From positions 1,792,001 through 1,856,000 of the forward strand of contig CBDCDS010000003.1 in the NCBI GenBank assembly GCA_965215365.1: DNA of 64,000 bases. The letters are read 5' to 3'. Below, piece after piece: positions 1 to 13,212 of the stretch. The notes under the pieces were generated by a model. The model ran no database searches. It had not been told where the DNA came from and worked only from the letters and a program-made list of their open reading frames with translations. Source of the DNA: Gammaproteobacteria bacterium. Lineage in GTDB: Bacteria; Pseudomonadota; Gammaproteobacteria; Eutrophobiales; Eutrophobiaceae. Each line of letters opens with the position of its first letter. Positions within the stretch are counted from its first letter, which is position 1. Both the position numbers and the translations under genes were made by a program.

Positions 1-1774
1 AGGCATCAGCGTATATACCGGTTTGTCGTGGTTTCGGGTGCTGGACAGGACCGGTTACTATGCGTTAAGAATAGTTGAAAAAATAAATACATACAAAAAT
101 AAATTAACTGAACACTTTAATTCAGTGGAGGCTAGGAAGGAACGCGTGGAGCTGGTGCGTAAACAGCAGAAAAAAGTTCGCGAGCGGCCGCCGCCACGTA
201 TCGAACCGGTCATCAGCAAGGTGGCAACCGGCGCCCGCGTAGAGGAAGAAAAACAGGAACCGTTGTTCGATATGCCACCGGAAGCGGCGTTGCCGCCGTT
301 GAACCTGCTGGATAAACCCGGGCCGTCTCAGGGGCGTTACTCCGATGCCACGCTGGAGGCCATGTCGCGCCAGGTGGAACTGAAACTGCAGGATTTCAAT
401 ATCCAGGTGGATGTGGTCGCGGTCAATCCTGGGCCGGTCATCACCCGTTTTGAACTGCAACCGGCGCCGGGTGTCAAGGGCAGTCAAATCAGCAATCTTG
501 CCAAGGATCTGGCGCGTTCGCTGTCGGTGGTCAGCGTGCGCGTGGTGGATGTAATACCGGGCAAATCTGTGATCGGCCTGGAAATTCCCAACGCCACCCG
601 CGAACTGGTTACTCTGAATGAAATTCTGAGTTCCAGAGAGTACGAAGATCTCAACTCGGCCACGGCGCTGGCGTTGGGCAAGGACATCAGCGGCAATCCG
701 GTGGTTATGGATCTCAGCCGTATGCCACACCTGCTGGTCGCCGGCACCACCGGCTCCGGCAAGTCGGTCGCCATCAACGCCATGATCCTGAGCCTGTTGT
801 ACAAGTCGCCCTCGAAGAAAATCCGCTTGATCATGATCGACCCGAAGATGCTGGAATTGTCCGTGTATGAGGGTATCCCGCACTTGTTGACGCCAGTGGT
901 CACGGATATGAAGGAGGCTGCCAATGCGCTGCGTTGGTGCGTGGCCGAAATGGAGCGCCGCTACCGGTTGATGGCGGCCCTGGGCGTGCGCAATATCAAC
1001 GGTTATAACAAGAAGCTAAGCGAGGCCGCCAGCCGCCGCCAGCCGTTGACGGATCCGTTCCATACGCCGGCCCATGATGATGACGTAGCCCCGGCGCTGG
1101 AAGAACTGCCCTACATCGTTATTCTGATCGATGAGCTGGCGGACATGATGATGACGGTCGGAAAAAAAGTGGAAGAACTGATTGCACGTCTGGCGCAGAA
1201 GGCCAGGGCCGCCGGCATCCACCTGATCCTGGCCACCCAGCGCCCGTCTGTCGATGTGATCACCGGCCTGATCAAGGCCAACATTCCCTGCCGGATTGCC
1301 TTCCAGGTGTCTTCCAAAGTGGATTCGCGCACCATCCTAGATCAAATGGGGGCTGAGAACCTGTTGGGACACGGCGATATGCTGTTTCTGCCACCCGGCA
1401 CCAGCGTGCCGATACGGGTGCACGGCGCGTTTGTCGATGACCACGAAGTGCACAAGGTCGTCAAACATATCAAAGACCTCAGCGGCCCGAATTACCAGGA
1501 CGGTATCACCCTGGACCCGGACGCAGGCGGTGCCGCGCCGCTGCCCGGCATCGAAACCGCCGCAGACGGCATCGACCCGCTCTATGACGAAGCAGTGCGC
1601 ATCGTTACGGAAACCCGCAAGACCTCCATTTCCTATATCCAACGACGACTCAAAATCGGTTACAACCGCGCCGCTCGCATCGTCGAGGAAATGGAAGCCA
1701 GCGGCTTGATCGGGCCGCTGGAAGCCAATGGCAACCGGGAAATACTGGCCGGCCCGCCACCGCCGGTGGATTGA
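1..1774 (+). CDS. ftsK: DNA translocase FtsK, 5' part outside the window
   Basis: FtsK motor motifs ([17 protein letters not shown] Walker [17 protein letters not shown]) and C-terminal gamma domain ([19 protein letters not shown]); N-terminal membrane domain absent; synteny with lolA-rarA-serS. Confidence 0.97.
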   Translation, partial: GISVYTGLSWFRVLDRTGYYALRIVEKINTYKNKLTEHFNSVEARKERVELVRKQQKKVRERPPPRIEPVISKVATGARVEEEKQEPLFDMPPEAALPPLNLLDKPGPSQGRYSDATLEAMSRQVELKLQDFNIQVDVVAVNPGPVITRFELQPAPGVKGSQISNLAKDLARSLSVVSVRVVDVIPGKSVIGLEIPNATRELVTLNEILSSREYEDLNSATALALGKDISGNPVVMDLSRMPHLLVAGTTGSGKSVAINAMILSLLYKSPSKKIRLIMIDPKMLELSVYEGIPHLLTPVVTDMKEAANALRWCVAEMERRYRLMAALGVRNINGYNKKLSEAASRRQPLTDPFHTPAHDDDVAPALEELPYIVILIDELADMMMTVGKKVEELIARLAQKARAAGIHLILATQRPSVDVITGLIKANIPCRIAFQVSSKVDSRTILDQMGAENLLGHGDMLFLPPGTSVPIRVHGAFVDDHEVHKVVKHIKDLSGPNYQDGITLDPDAGGAAPLPGIETAADGIDPLYDEAVRIVTETRKTSISYIQRRLKIGYNRAARIVEEMEASGLIGPLEANGNREILAGPPPPVD

Positions 1775-1941
1775 TTTTATCCACAGATGACGCAGATTAA
1801 CGCAGATTGTTTTTTGAGTTTTATCCACAGATGACGCAGATTAACGCAGATGTTGGTTTGCAATGCGGCTCCCGTTCGTCAAGAAAAACTTGAAAGCTCT
1901 TCTTAAAACATCTGCGCCAATCTGCGCTATCTGCGGATTAA
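1775..1941. repeat. CGCAGAT-rich repeat: two direct 33-bp copies plus one degenerate inverted copy
   Basis: TTTTATCCACAGATGACGCAGATTAACGCAGAT at 1775-1807 and 1819-1851; inverted ATCTGCGCCAATCTGCGCTATCTGCGGATTAA at 1910-1941. Confidence 0.85.
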
Positions 1942-2534
1942 TCCTGTCCCTGACCGTTACTGCGCCGGCGGGGGGCACTGCGCTTGAGGTCTTCCTCGAC
2001 GGCCTGGACAGTTTTTCGGCGGACTTTGAGCAGGTGTTGCTGGGGCCGTCGGGAGAGGCGCTGGAGGCGAGCAAGGGCGCGTTGCAGGTGCGCCGCCCCG
2101 ACATGTTTTACTGGGGGTATGATGAACCCTATACGCAGAAGATCATCAGCGACGGTGCCAGCCTGTGGGTGTATGAGGCGGACCTGGAGCAGGTCACTAT
2201 CAGCGCCGTGAGCGCGGACCTGGAAGCTACGCCGACGCTGCTGTTCAGTAACGCTGAGGCGCTGAACGAGCATTATCTGGTGACAGAACCGGAAAATGAC
2301 GGCAGTGACGCGCTGGTGCAGTTGACGCCAAAAAATCGGGAGTCACACTACCGTTCACTGCGCCTGCTCTTCTCCGCCAGGCAACTGGCCGGCATGGTAT
2401 TGCTGGACAGCCTGGGACAGACCCTGGTGCTCACCTTTACCAATACCGTACGCAACCCGAACCTGCCGCCAGACTATTTCACCTTCATCCCTGCAGCTGA
2501 TATGGAAGTCATTGATGCCAGACCGGCGGAATAG
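1863..2534 (+). CDS. lolA: Outer membrane lipoprotein chaperone LolA
   Basis: SFSADFEQ, RPDMFYWGYDEPYTQKIISDG, LWVYEADLEQVT, FTFIP motifs; position between ftsK and rarA; exact start uncertain. Confidence 0.92.
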   Translation: MRLPFVKKNLKALLKTSAPICAICGLILSLTVTAPAGGTALEVFLDGLDSFSADFEQVLLGPSGEALEASKGALQVRRPDMFYWGYDEPYTQKIISDGASLWVYEADLEQVTISAVSADLEATPTLLFSNAEALNEHYLVTEPENDGSDALVQLTPKNRESHYRSLRLLFSARQLAGMVLLDSLGQTLVLTFTNTVRNPNLPPDYFTFIPAADMEVIDARPAE

Positions 2535-2537
2535 CGC

Positions 2538-5121
<2,584 letters not shown>

Positions 5122-5145
5122 AGAGCACCTTTCCTGCAATAGATG

Positions 5146-5174
5146 TTGCACGGCAGCAAAATGGTGTGTATAAT
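5146..5174 (+). promoter_or_regulatory. Putative sigma70 promoter of TonB-dependent receptor
   Basis: TTGCAC (5146-5151), 17 bp spacer, TATAAT (5169-5174). Confidence 0.65.
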
Positions 5175-5275
5175 GGACTTCGGACAGCAGCTCGGGGACG
5201 ATTGCCGGGCTGTTACACTCTCGAAGGTGCCCCGGCTTGCTCTAGGGTATCCTGCAACCCAATGGTAATAACATC

Positions 5276-7567
5276 ATGAACAAGTTCTACTTTATCTCCA
5301 CTCTGTTGGGTGTTGCCACTGTCCTTGCAGCTCCTGCGGTCACAGCTCAGGCACAGAGTCCCTTGTTGGAAGAGGTGATTGTGACGGCCGAGAAACGCTC
5401 TGAAAGCCTGCAAGACTTGTCTCAGGCGGTCACTGCGCTGTCGGGCGAGGATATAGACAATCGTAATCTCACCACTTTCGTGGATCTGAGCAGCATCGCC
5501 CCTGGTGTGACTGTTGCCAAGAACGAAGGCTTCAAGACCGTCATCGCTATTCGCGGCGTGGGTAATGAAGCCAACCAGAACGCCATTGCGAACCCTTCCG
5601 TTTCCTACCACCTCGACGGCATCTACGTGGCTTCGCCGTATGCTCTGCGCACGGATTTCCTGGATCTCGAACGCATCGAAGTGCTGCGCGGGCCGCAAGG
5701 CACTTTGTTCGGCCAGAACTCCACCGGCGGCGCTATCAACGTCATCACGAAGGCGCCGGATACGGAGGAATTTTCCGGCAAGGCCGACCTCACCGTGGGC
5801 AACTATAACCTGATACGGGTGCGCGGTGCAGTTAATATCCCCATCAGTGATACCCTGGCTCTGCGCGCTTCGGCTGCGTCCCACAACCATGACGGCTTCA
5901 GCCGTAATATCACCCTGGACCAGGGTCTGGACCAGGCCGACAGTTTTTCCGGGCGCGCCCGCCTGCTGTGGACACCGATGGAAAACCTGCGTTTTAATCT
6001 CACCGCCCAGTATTACGATGAAAACACCAACGGCGCCGCGCAAAAAGGCCTCCTTGACACCACCCCCAACCCGCGCCGGCTGCGGCAGGACTGGGACAAC
6101 AGCTACCAGCTGGAGAGCCAGCTCTACAGTCTGGTGGCGGAATGGGATTTGCCGCTGCTCACGGTCAAGTCATTGACCAGCTACCAGGACGATGACGTAG
6201 CCGTGGTACGCGATAACGATCGCCATGACTTCGGTGACTTAATCAGTCGGGGCACCTTTGTGCTGCCATCGATCTTCGACCCGGAGACCAACCGTCAGCA
6301 AACCTTTACCCAGGAACTCAACCTGATTTCCACCGAACCCCTGTTCGGCAAGCTGGACTGGACGACCGGTGTGTTCTACCTGGATACCGAAGTGGATATT
6401 CTCATCCGCGAATACCTGGACTTCAACACTGACGGCGTTTATGGGCCGGGCACGGTGACTGTGGAAGAAGTGCTCGCCTTTGGCGGCGAGGTCGGCTTCA
6501 TCTCCGATTCCAAGCCGGAACGGGAATCGATCTCCGTTTATGGCCAGGGCACTTGGAACTTCACCGACTCCCTGCGCCTGATCGCCGGCCTGCGCTATAC
6601 CGACGACGAGGTTTATTCCGAGGTGACCAACTTCTTCGGGCGCGGCGGCACCGCCGTACTGGAAACCAGCAGTGACAAGCTCACCGGACGCGGCGTGGTG
6701 GAAATGGATCTGAACGACACCACCATGGTGTATGCCTCTTACACGCGCGGTTTCAAGCCGGGTGGCAGCAACCTGACCTACGGTCGTGAAGATGTCATCG
6801 CCCCCATAGTCGTGCTGCCCACCTACGCCGATGAAACAATCGATGCCTGGGAGCTCGGTATCAAGACCGACTTTGCCGACAACCGGGTGCGCGTGAATGC
6901 CGCAGCCTTTTACTATGACTATAAAAATCTGCAATATCAGGCGACCGATCCCGAGCTGTTCGAGGGCGGAGTCGGCAACCTGCCGGAGTCGGAGATCTAT
7001 GGTGCCGAGCTGGAACTGTTGGCGTTAGTGACCGAAAACCTGACTCTGGACGCGCGCCTGGCCTGGCTGGAAACGGAGATCACTGCTTCACACCTGGCGC
7101 TGGATAACGTGCGTTCCGACGGTGCCACTAATGCATTGCTGGCGCAGGGTGTCAACCAGTTTTCAGATGAAGTGCAGCGCGCCCGCGCCGCCGCCGTGAC
7201 CGACGTGAAGGGTAATGAACTGGCCAAGACTCCCAATTTTACCGCCGACGTGATGCTGCGCTACCAAGGTCGCCTGGGCGATTGGGGCGGTTTCTCTGTC
7301 AGCGCGCAATACATCCACCGGGACGGTTTTCAGCACCGTATCTTCAACAACCCCAGAACCGATGACGTGCCCGGCTATAACGTCGTCAACCTGATGCTGA
7401 CCATTACCCCGGACGGGTACCCCTGGTACATCGAACTGATGGGCATGAACCTTGCTGACGAGGATGGCGTCAACGCCCGCTTCACCGACGTGTTTGGGGT
7501 CGGTGCCACCGGCGACGAGCTGATCGCCCCCCGGCAGTACATGGCGCGCTTCGGGGTTGAGTTTTAG
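5276..7567 (+). CDS. TonB-dependent receptor
   Basis: Signal peptide, TonB box LEEVIVTAEKR, plug motif IEVLRGPQGTLFGQN, C-terminal Phe. Confidence 0.95.
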   Translation: MNKFYFISTLLGVATVLAAPAVTAQAQSPLLEEVIVTAEKRSESLQDLSQAVTALSGEDIDNRNLTTFVDLSSIAPGVTVAKNEGFKTVIAIRGVGNEANQNAIANPSVSYHLDGIYVASPYALRTDFLDLERIEVLRGPQGTLFGQNSTGGAINVITKAPDTEEFSGKADLTVGNYNLIRVRGAVNIPISDTLALRASAASHNHDGFSRNITLDQGLDQADSFSGRARLLWTPMENLRFNLTAQYYDENTNGAAQKGLLDTTPNPRRLRQDWDNSYQLESQLYSLVAEWDLPLLTVKSLTSYQDDDVAVVRDNDRHDFGDLISRGTFVLPSIFDPETNRQQTFTQELNLISTEPLFGKLDWTTGVFYLDTEVDILIREYLDFNTDGVYGPGTVTVEEVLAFGGEVGFISDSKPERESISVYGQGTWNFTDSLRLIAGLRYTDDEVYSEVTNFFGRGGTAVLETSSDKLTGRGVVEMDLNDTTMVYASYTRGFKPGGSNLTYGREDVIAPIVVLPTYADETIDAWELGIKTDFADNRVRVNAAAFYYDYKNLQYQATDPELFEGGVGNLPESEIYGAELELLALVTENLTLDARLAWLETEITASHLALDNVRSDGATNALLAQGVNQFSDEVQRARAAAVTDVKGNELAKTPNFTADVMLRYQGRLGDWGGFSVSAQYIHRDGFQHRIFNNPRTDDVPGYNVVNLMLTITPDGYPWYIELMGMNLADEDGVNARFTDVFGVGATGDELIAPRQYMARFGVEF

Positions 7568-7576
7568 AGGCGCTCC

Positions 7577-8893
7577 CTACAGCTCGATAAACAAAAAACG
7601 GGCCAGGAAGAGCAGCGCCAACAACCATACCCCGGCGCTGATATCCGCGCGCTGCCCGCGTGCCAGTTTCACGCTCACATAAGTGATGAAACCCACGGCG
7701 ATGCCGTCGGCGATGGAAAAGGTCAACGGGATTGCCACGATGGTGAGCAGTGCCGGCAGCAGCTCGGTGGCATCGTCCCAGTCCAGCGCTTGCATGCCGC
7801 TCAGCATCAGCAACGCGACATAGATCAGGGCGCCGGAGGTGGCAAACTCCGGCACCATGCGCGCCAGCGGTGCCAGGAATATCGCCAGCAGGAACAGCAG
7901 GCCCACCGTCACCGCACTCAGTCCGGTGCGCCCGCCGCCGGCAATGCCGGCCACGCTTTCCACGTAGCTAGTGACCGGCGTGCAACCCAGGCCGGCGCCG
8001 ACCACGCTGGCACAACTGTCGGCCTTGAGCGCGCGTCCTAGGTTCCGCACCCGGCCTTGGGTGTCCACCATGCCGGCCCGATGAGCAACGCCCATCAAGG
8101 TGCCGGTAGTGTCGAACAGGTTGACGAACAGGAACGCCCCGATCACGCTGATCATACCCACATCCAGGGCACCGACAATATCCAGTTGTAACAGGGTTGG
8201 TGCCAGCTTCGGCGGCGCTGATACCAGTCCCTGGTAGCTGGTCAGCCCTGCGAGCAGGCCGATGCCGGTCAGCGCCAGGATGCCGAGCAGGATGGCGCCG
8301 GGTACGCCACGCACGGCCAGACCGGCGATAAGCAGAAAACCCAGTGCCGCCAGCATGGGTTCGGCTTGGGTCAGGTCACCCAGGGTCAGGATAGTGGCGG
8401 GACTGGCAACTACGATGCCGCCGTTCTGCAGGCCGATAAAGCCGATGAACAGGCCCACGCCGCAGCCCATGGCCAGACGCAGGCTCATGGGGATGCTGTT
8501 CAGCATCCAGGCGCGCAGGCGGGTGACACTGATAATGACGAACAGCACACCGGACAGGAACACCGCGCCCAGGCCCACCTGCCAGCTGTAACCCAGGCTG
8601 CCGACCACCGTGTAGGTGAAGAACGCGTTCATGCCCATGCCCGGCGCCAGCCCCACCGGCCAGTTTGCATAGAGTCCCATGATCAGACAGGCCAGCGCTG
8701 AGGCCAGACAGGTGGCGGCAAAACTGGCACCGTAGTCCATACCCGCAGCCGCCATCAACTGCGGGTTGACGAAGATAATGTAGGCCATGGTCACAAACGT
8801 GGTGCATCCGGCCAGCAGCTCTACACGCACAGTCGTGTCGTGTGCGGCAAGCCGGAAACGGCGTTCCATGAAGCCGGAGATTATGTTCGTCAT
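7577..8893 (-). CDS. NCS2/AzgA family purine permease
   Basis: LAGCTTFVTMAYIIFVNP, APGMGMNAFF, FDTTGTL, TSYVES, GGRTGL, PLTFSIADGI motifs of AzgA-like transporters. Confidence 0.92.
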   Translation of the reverse strand: MTNIISGFMERRFRLAAHDTTVRVELLAGCTTFVTMAYIIFVNPQLMAAAGMDYGASFAATCLASALACLIMGLYANWPVGLAPGMGMNAFFTYTVVGSLGYSWQVGLGAVFLSGVLFVIISVTRLRAWMLNSIPMSLRLAMGCGVGLFIGFIGLQNGGIVVASPATILTLGDLTQAEPMLAALGFLLIAGLAVRGVPGAILLGILALTGIGLLAGLTSYQGLVSAPPKLAPTLLQLDIVGALDVGMISVIGAFLFVNLFDTTGTLMGVAHRAGMVDTQGRVRNLGRALKADSCASVVGAGLGCTPVTSYVESVAGIAGGGRTGLSAVTVGLLFLLAIFLAPLARMVPEFATSGALIYVALLMLSGMQALDWDDATELLPALLTIVAIPLTFSIADGIAVGFITYVSVKLARGQRADISAGVWLLALLFLARFLFIEL

Positions 8894-8949
8894 GAGCCCA
8901 GCGCTCTTTGCAACAGCGGCAAACTACGGTGAGCGCGCTGTTCCGGTTG

Positions 8950-10314
8950 CTAGGAACTGAATTCCCGCACCAGCGCGCTGATGGATTCCTTGGCGTCGCC
9001 GAACAGCATGCGGGTGTTGTCGCCGAAGAACAGCGGGTTATCGACACCGGCGAAGCCAGAAGCCATGGAGCGTTTCAGCACGAACACGGTGCGGGCGTAG
9101 TCCACATTGATGATGGGCATACCGTAGATGGGACTGTCTTTCATTTCCCGGGCGGCCGGGTTGACCACATCGTTGGCGCCGATGACAATGGCCACATCCA
9201 TCATCTCCATGCGCGGGTTGATGTCCTCCATCTCGATGAGCAGGTCGTAGGGGACATCCGCTTCCGCCAGCAGCACGTTCATGTGTCCCGGCATCCGCCC
9301 CGCCACCGGGTGGATGGCGTAACTCACCTCGGCGCCGTTCTTCTCCAGTAACTCCTGCAACTCCTTCACCACGTGCTGAGCCTGGGCCACGGCCATGCCG
9401 TAACCGGGCACCACCACCACGCTGCTGGCGGCCTCCAGGATGTAATAAGCGTCGTCAGGCGTAATCGGTTTGACCTCGCCTTCCACCTTGGTCAGCGCGG
9501 TTTTGGCAGCGCCGAAGCCGCTGAACAGCACATTGGCCAAAGAGCGATTCATGGCCTTGCACATGATGTTGGTGAGGATGATGCCGGTGGCGCCCACCAG
9601 GGAACCGGCCACAATCAGGATGTTGTTGTTGATGGCAAATCCCGCCGCGCACGCGGCCAGGCCGGAATAACTGTTCAGCAGGGAGATCACCACCGGCATG
9701 TCGGCGCCGCCGATGGGGATGACCGCCATGATGCCGAACAGGAACGACAGGCCGATGAGCGCGTACAGCAGGGTGGTATTGGCCGGGTCCATGCAGAACA
9801 TCACGCCCACAACCACAATCGCAGCCAGCAACAGGCTGTTGCCGGCGCGTTGCCCGGTAAACAGGTAGGGGCGCCCGGAAATGATCTCACTCAGCTTGCC
9901 GTAGGCGATGAAGCTGCCGGTAAAGGTCAGCCCGCCGATGAGGATGGACAGGAAAACGGTGACTGCGGTGAAGGTGGAGATGGCATCCGTATGCAACGCG
10001 GCCCAGCCCACGAACAGGCTGGCAATACCGCCGAAGCCATTGAAGATCGCCACCATTTCCGGCATCGCGGTCATCGCCACTAGGCGCGCCGCCAGCGCGC
10101 CGATAACGCCACCGACGACCAGCCCCAGGATGATCCATTGAAACTCGACGATGGATTGATCGAGCAGGGTGACGATTACGGCAAGCAGCATACCCAACGC
10201 CGATACCAGGTTACCGTTGCGGGCGGTGGCCGGCGAGCTCAGCATCTTCAAGCCGAAGATGAACAGTACCGCCGCGGCCACATACGACAAGTTAATCCAC
10301 AGCGCGCTGCTCAT
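8950..10314 (-). CDS. pntB: NAD(P) transhydrogenase beta subunit
   Basis: MTAMPEMVA, IGGADMPVVISLLNSYSG, PGYGMAVAQAQH, IHPVAGRMPGHMNVLLAEA. Confidence 0.97.
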   Translation of the reverse strand: MSSALWINLSYVAAAVLFIFGLKMLSSPATARNGNLVSALGMLLAVIVTLLDQSIVEFQWIILGLVVGGVIGALAARLVAMTAMPEMVAIFNGFGGIASLFVGWAALHTDAISTFTAVTVFLSILIGGLTFTGSFIAYGKLSEIISGRPYLFTGQRAGNSLLLAAIVVVGVMFCMDPANTTLLYALIGLSFLFGIMAVIPIGGADMPVVISLLNSYSGLAACAAGFAINNNILIVAGSLVGATGIILTNIMCKAMNRSLANVLFSGFGAAKTALTKVEGEVKPITPDDAYYILEAASSVVVVPGYGMAVAQAQHVVKELQELLEKNGAEVSYAIHPVAGRMPGHMNVLLAEADVPYDLLIEMEDINPRMEMMDVAIVIGANDVVNPAAREMKDSPIYGMPIINVDYARTVFVLKRSMASGFAGVDNPLFFGDNTRMLFGDAKESISALVREFSS

Positions 10315-10601
10315 TGTCTTTCACCCTCCTTCTTTCTGAACATGGATAACATGCGGTGGGTCACCATATAACCGCCCACCACATTGATGGTGGCAAAGGT
10401 CACGCCCAGGGTGCCGAGCACGGTTGCCAGCTCCGCGCTACCGGCACCGGCAGAGCCGAGTGCCCCCACCAGGGTAATGCCGGAGATGGCATTGGCACCG
10501 GACATCAGTGGCGTATGCAGGGTGGCGGGTACTTTACTGATCAGCTCAAAGCCCAGGAATATGGACAAAACCAGGATGAAGGTGAGATAGACGGCTTCCA
10601 T
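10311..10601 (-). CDS. pntAB: NAD(P) transhydrogenase alpha subunit part 2 (membrane part)
   Basis: VPATLHTPLMSGANAISG, INVVGGYMVTHRML. Confidence 0.93.
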   Translation of the reverse strand: MEAVYLTFILVLSIFLGFELISKVPATLHTPLMSGANAISGITLVGALGSAGAGSAELATVLGTLGVTFATINVVGGYMVTHRMLSMFRKKEGERQ

Positions 10602-10611
10602 TGATGGTTCC

Positions 10612-11745
10612 TCAGCGTTGCAGGTTCTTGATGGTGTCGTTGACGATGGCGCCGCCGTGGGTGATCAGGCAGCCGCGGATAATGTCGTTGTCCGGGTCCA
10701 GCACCAGTGACTTATGGTCTTTGTCCCAGTATTCGTTCACCATGTTGAACAGGTTGGATGAATACATCCGGCTGGCGTCCCGGCACACGAAGTTGGGCCA
10801 GTTGCCGTGACCGATGATAGCGACCCCGTTGATGTTGACCTCCTGACCGGCCACCGAGCCTTCCACATTGCCGCCGGTTTCCGCGGCCATATCCACGATA
10901 ACACTACCCGGCTGCATGGCTTCCACCATGTCCCGGGTGACCAGCAGCGGCGCCTTGCGCCCGAATACCTGCGCGGTGGTAATGACAATATCGGATTCGG
11001 CAATAGCTGCTTTCTGCCCCAGCCGTTGTTGCTCAATTTGTTCCGGGGTCAGTTGCTGCGCGTAGCCGTCCTGGGTCTGTCCCGTTTCACCCAGGTCGAT
11101 CTCCAGGAACTTGGCGCCTACGGAGCGCACCTGCTCGGCCACCACCGGGCGAGTGTCGAACGCGGTGACCTTGGCGCCCAGGCGCTTGGCCGTGGCAATG
11201 GCTTGCAGGCCGGCCACACCGGCGCCGATGACGAACACCCGGGCCGGTTTAATGGTGCCGGCGGGTGTCATCATCATGGGCAGCAGGCGGTCCAGCCGGT
11301 TGGCGGCCATCATCACTGCCACATAACCGGCCAGATTAGCCTGCGAGCTGAGCGCGTCCATCTTCTGCGACAAGGTAGTGCGCGGAATCATTTCCATACT
11401 GATGGCACTGACCCCCTGTTGCGCCAGGGCTGTCACCAGCTCGCCTTCATTAAACGGGTCCAGGTAGCTGATATGGATGCAACCCTGCTTTATCTGTGCT
11501 ATCTCATCGGCATCCGGCTTGCGGATACGCAGGATGATGTCGGACTGCGCTAGCAGGGTGCTGCGGTCGGAACTGACCCCGGCGCCGGCGTCGGTATAGT
11601 CGGCATCGGTAAAGCCGGCGCCTTGCCCCAGCGCTGCTTCAACCGTGAGCCCCGCGCCCAGTTTGACCAGTTTCTTTACCGCATCGGGCACCAGCGCAAC
11701 CCGATTTTCTCCCGGATATGTCTCCTTCAGTACAGCAATTTGCAT
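10612..11745 (-). CDS. pntAA: NAD(P) transhydrogenase alpha subunit part 1 (NAD-binding dI)
   Basis: ENRVALVP, MDALSSQANLAGY, GAGVAGLQAIATAKRLGA, VDMAAETGGN. Confidence 0.95.
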   Translation of the reverse strand: MQIAVLKETYPGENRVALVPDAVKKLVKLGAGLTVEAALGQGAGFTDADYTDAGAGVSSDRSTLLAQSDIILRIRKPDADEIAQIKQGCIHISYLDPFNEGELVTALAQQGVSAISMEMIPRTTLSQKMDALSSQANLAGYVAVMMAANRLDRLLPMMMTPAGTIKPARVFVIGAGVAGLQAIATAKRLGAKVTAFDTRPVVAEQVRSVGAKFLEIDLGETGQTQDGYAQQLTPEQIEQQRLGQKAAIAESDIVITTAQVFGRKAPLLVTRDMVEAMQPGSVIVDMAAETGGNVEGSVAGQEVNINGVAIIGHGNWPNFVCRDASRMYSSNLFNMVNEYWDKDHKSLVLDPDNDIIRGCLITHGGAIVNDTIKNLQR

Positions 11746-11809
11746 AGTTAAGCCCCTCTGGCAGGTTTGTCGCTCATGCTATCACAGAGCAGGACGGTAA
11801 GCTACCCGT

Positions 11810-13212
11810 AGTATTTTCCAATACTGGAATGAGCCTGAAGTAGAGAGAGTCTGCCCCGATCTCAAGCCCGTTTGTATTCCTGTTCATGGATGGTGGTAAA
11901 GAGGGCCCGGCGCGCCTGTTGTAGGGCGTCCGCGGCCGCGTTGTCGCTGACTCGGTAAGCGACCTTATCCAGTATCTCAAAGCTTAAGTCCGGTTTCAAA
12001 CAGGTCTGGGCATCATCCAAGGATTTAAGTTTTTCATAGGGGGTCATGAGGTTCTTGTAGGGGTAACGCTTGCGTTGTTTCCCTTTGTTGTCGGTGATGG
12101 TTTGTGGAAACAGGCAGGGTCGGTGGTAGTTGACATAGGGGTTGAGGTGCTGGCGGTGGAAGTCGTTCAACGGGCCGGCCCAGCGGCGCGGGATGTGGGC
12201 GTGGCCTAAGAGCTTGCGCACCACGTGTCCGTTTTTGCATTCCACCAGGGCGTTGTCGTTGCTGTGCCGGGGGCGGGACTTGGTCAGTTCGATACGCAGC
12301 TTCTCTAACAGTTGGGCCACCTGTTTATTGATGTACTCCGAGCCGTTGTCGGCATGGAAGCCCAGGAGGACAAAGGGGAACGCATCAAGCAGGTATTCAA
12401 GTGCCGGGATGAGGTAGACCTCGGTGATGCGCTCGACGCTGACGACCACTTCAAACTGGGTCACCTCATCGACCGCATTGATGTGATAGACCCCTTTTTC
12501 ACCGTCTAAATCGCCCTGATGCACGGTATCGATGCGGATATAACCGCAGCGCCCGTCCGGCTGCGGTTTGCGCCGTACACCGATCTCACGCACCACCGGG
12601 CGGGTCTTGTCTATCGTGTGGCGCTGACGTTGGTAGGTCTTCGAGCGCCGTAAGTTGTACAGGTGCGAGACCGAGATCCCGGCCAAGCGTTCATACTCGA
12701 CCTGACCGAACACCTGATAGGCTCGCTCACAGAGCTTCTTTAGGGTCAACCCATTCGGGGTATTGTGGCGCTCGTCCATGGCCGCTAGCAGGCGGATATC
12801 GGCCTTCGTGTAGCGTCGGACAAAGCCCCGCGCCGTACACTGGCGCACCGCTAACGTACCGGTCTCCCGGTAGCGCCCAATCAGCCGCTTGACCTGTGCC
12901 CGGGAATACCCGCTCACCTTCATCAGGTACGCCGTGAGCGCCCCTTTGTCCGCCTTGCTGCAGCCCAGGTAATCAAACGTCACCAGGGTGCGCCGTATCC
13001 AGTCATACCGACTCTGCTTGTCGCTGGCAACCTCAAACATCACCCGCTGGGTCCCGGCCAGAAAATCGCGCACCTGCTCAATACGCGTTAAGTCATTCGC
13101 ATTCATGATCGTTTTCATCCTCGTATCATGAACGGGAATACCGGCTCGTTCAGGCTCATTTCATGTTGGAATCACACCCGCCCTTCAGGCTCATTTCATA
13201 TTGGAAAATACT
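11810..13212 (-). mobile_element. Complete single-ORF insertion sequence (ISNCY-like, integrase-core DDE)
   Basis: Imperfect ~30-bp TIRs AGTATTTTCCAATACTGGAATGAGCCTGAAG (11810-11840) and CTTCAGGCTCATTTCATATTGGAAAATACT (13183-13212); extra copy of end motif at 13149-13171; 5-bp direct repeat CCCGT at 11805-11809 and 13213-13217. Confidence 0.92.
11862..13118 (-). CDS. DDE transposase (rve/integrase core)
   Basis: IRIDTVHQGD, FHADNGSEYIN, SRPRHSNDNALVECKNG, YVNYHRPC. Confidence 0.92.
   Translation of the reverse strand: MKTIMNANDLTRIEQVRDFLAGTQRVMFEVASDKQSRYDWIRRTLVTFDYLGCSKADKGALTAYLMKVSGYSRAQVKRLIGRYRETGTLAVRQCTARGFVRRYTKADIRLLAAMDERHNTPNGLTLKKLCERAYQVFGQVEYERLAGISVSHLYNLRRSKTYQRQRHTIDKTRPVVREIGVRRKPQPDGRCGYIRIDTVHQGDLDGEKGVYHINAVDEVTQFEVVVSVERITEVYLIPALEYLLDAFPFVLLGFHADNGSEYINKQVAQLLEKLRIELTKSRPRHSNDNALVECKNGHVVRKLLGHAHIPRRWAGPLNDFHRQHLNPYVNYHRPCLFPQTITDNKGKQRKRYPYKNLMTPYEKLKSLDDAQTCLKPDLSFEILDKVAYRVSDNAAADALQQARRALFTTIHEQEYKRA

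Noticed and set aside
1777-1829. oriC suggested by two DnaA boxes
   Set aside because: Only two boxes inside a repeat, no clear unwinding element, no dnaA/gidA context
10311-11745. Split pntA as a pseudogene
   Set aside because: Two-gene alpha subunit is a normal arrangement; both parts intact
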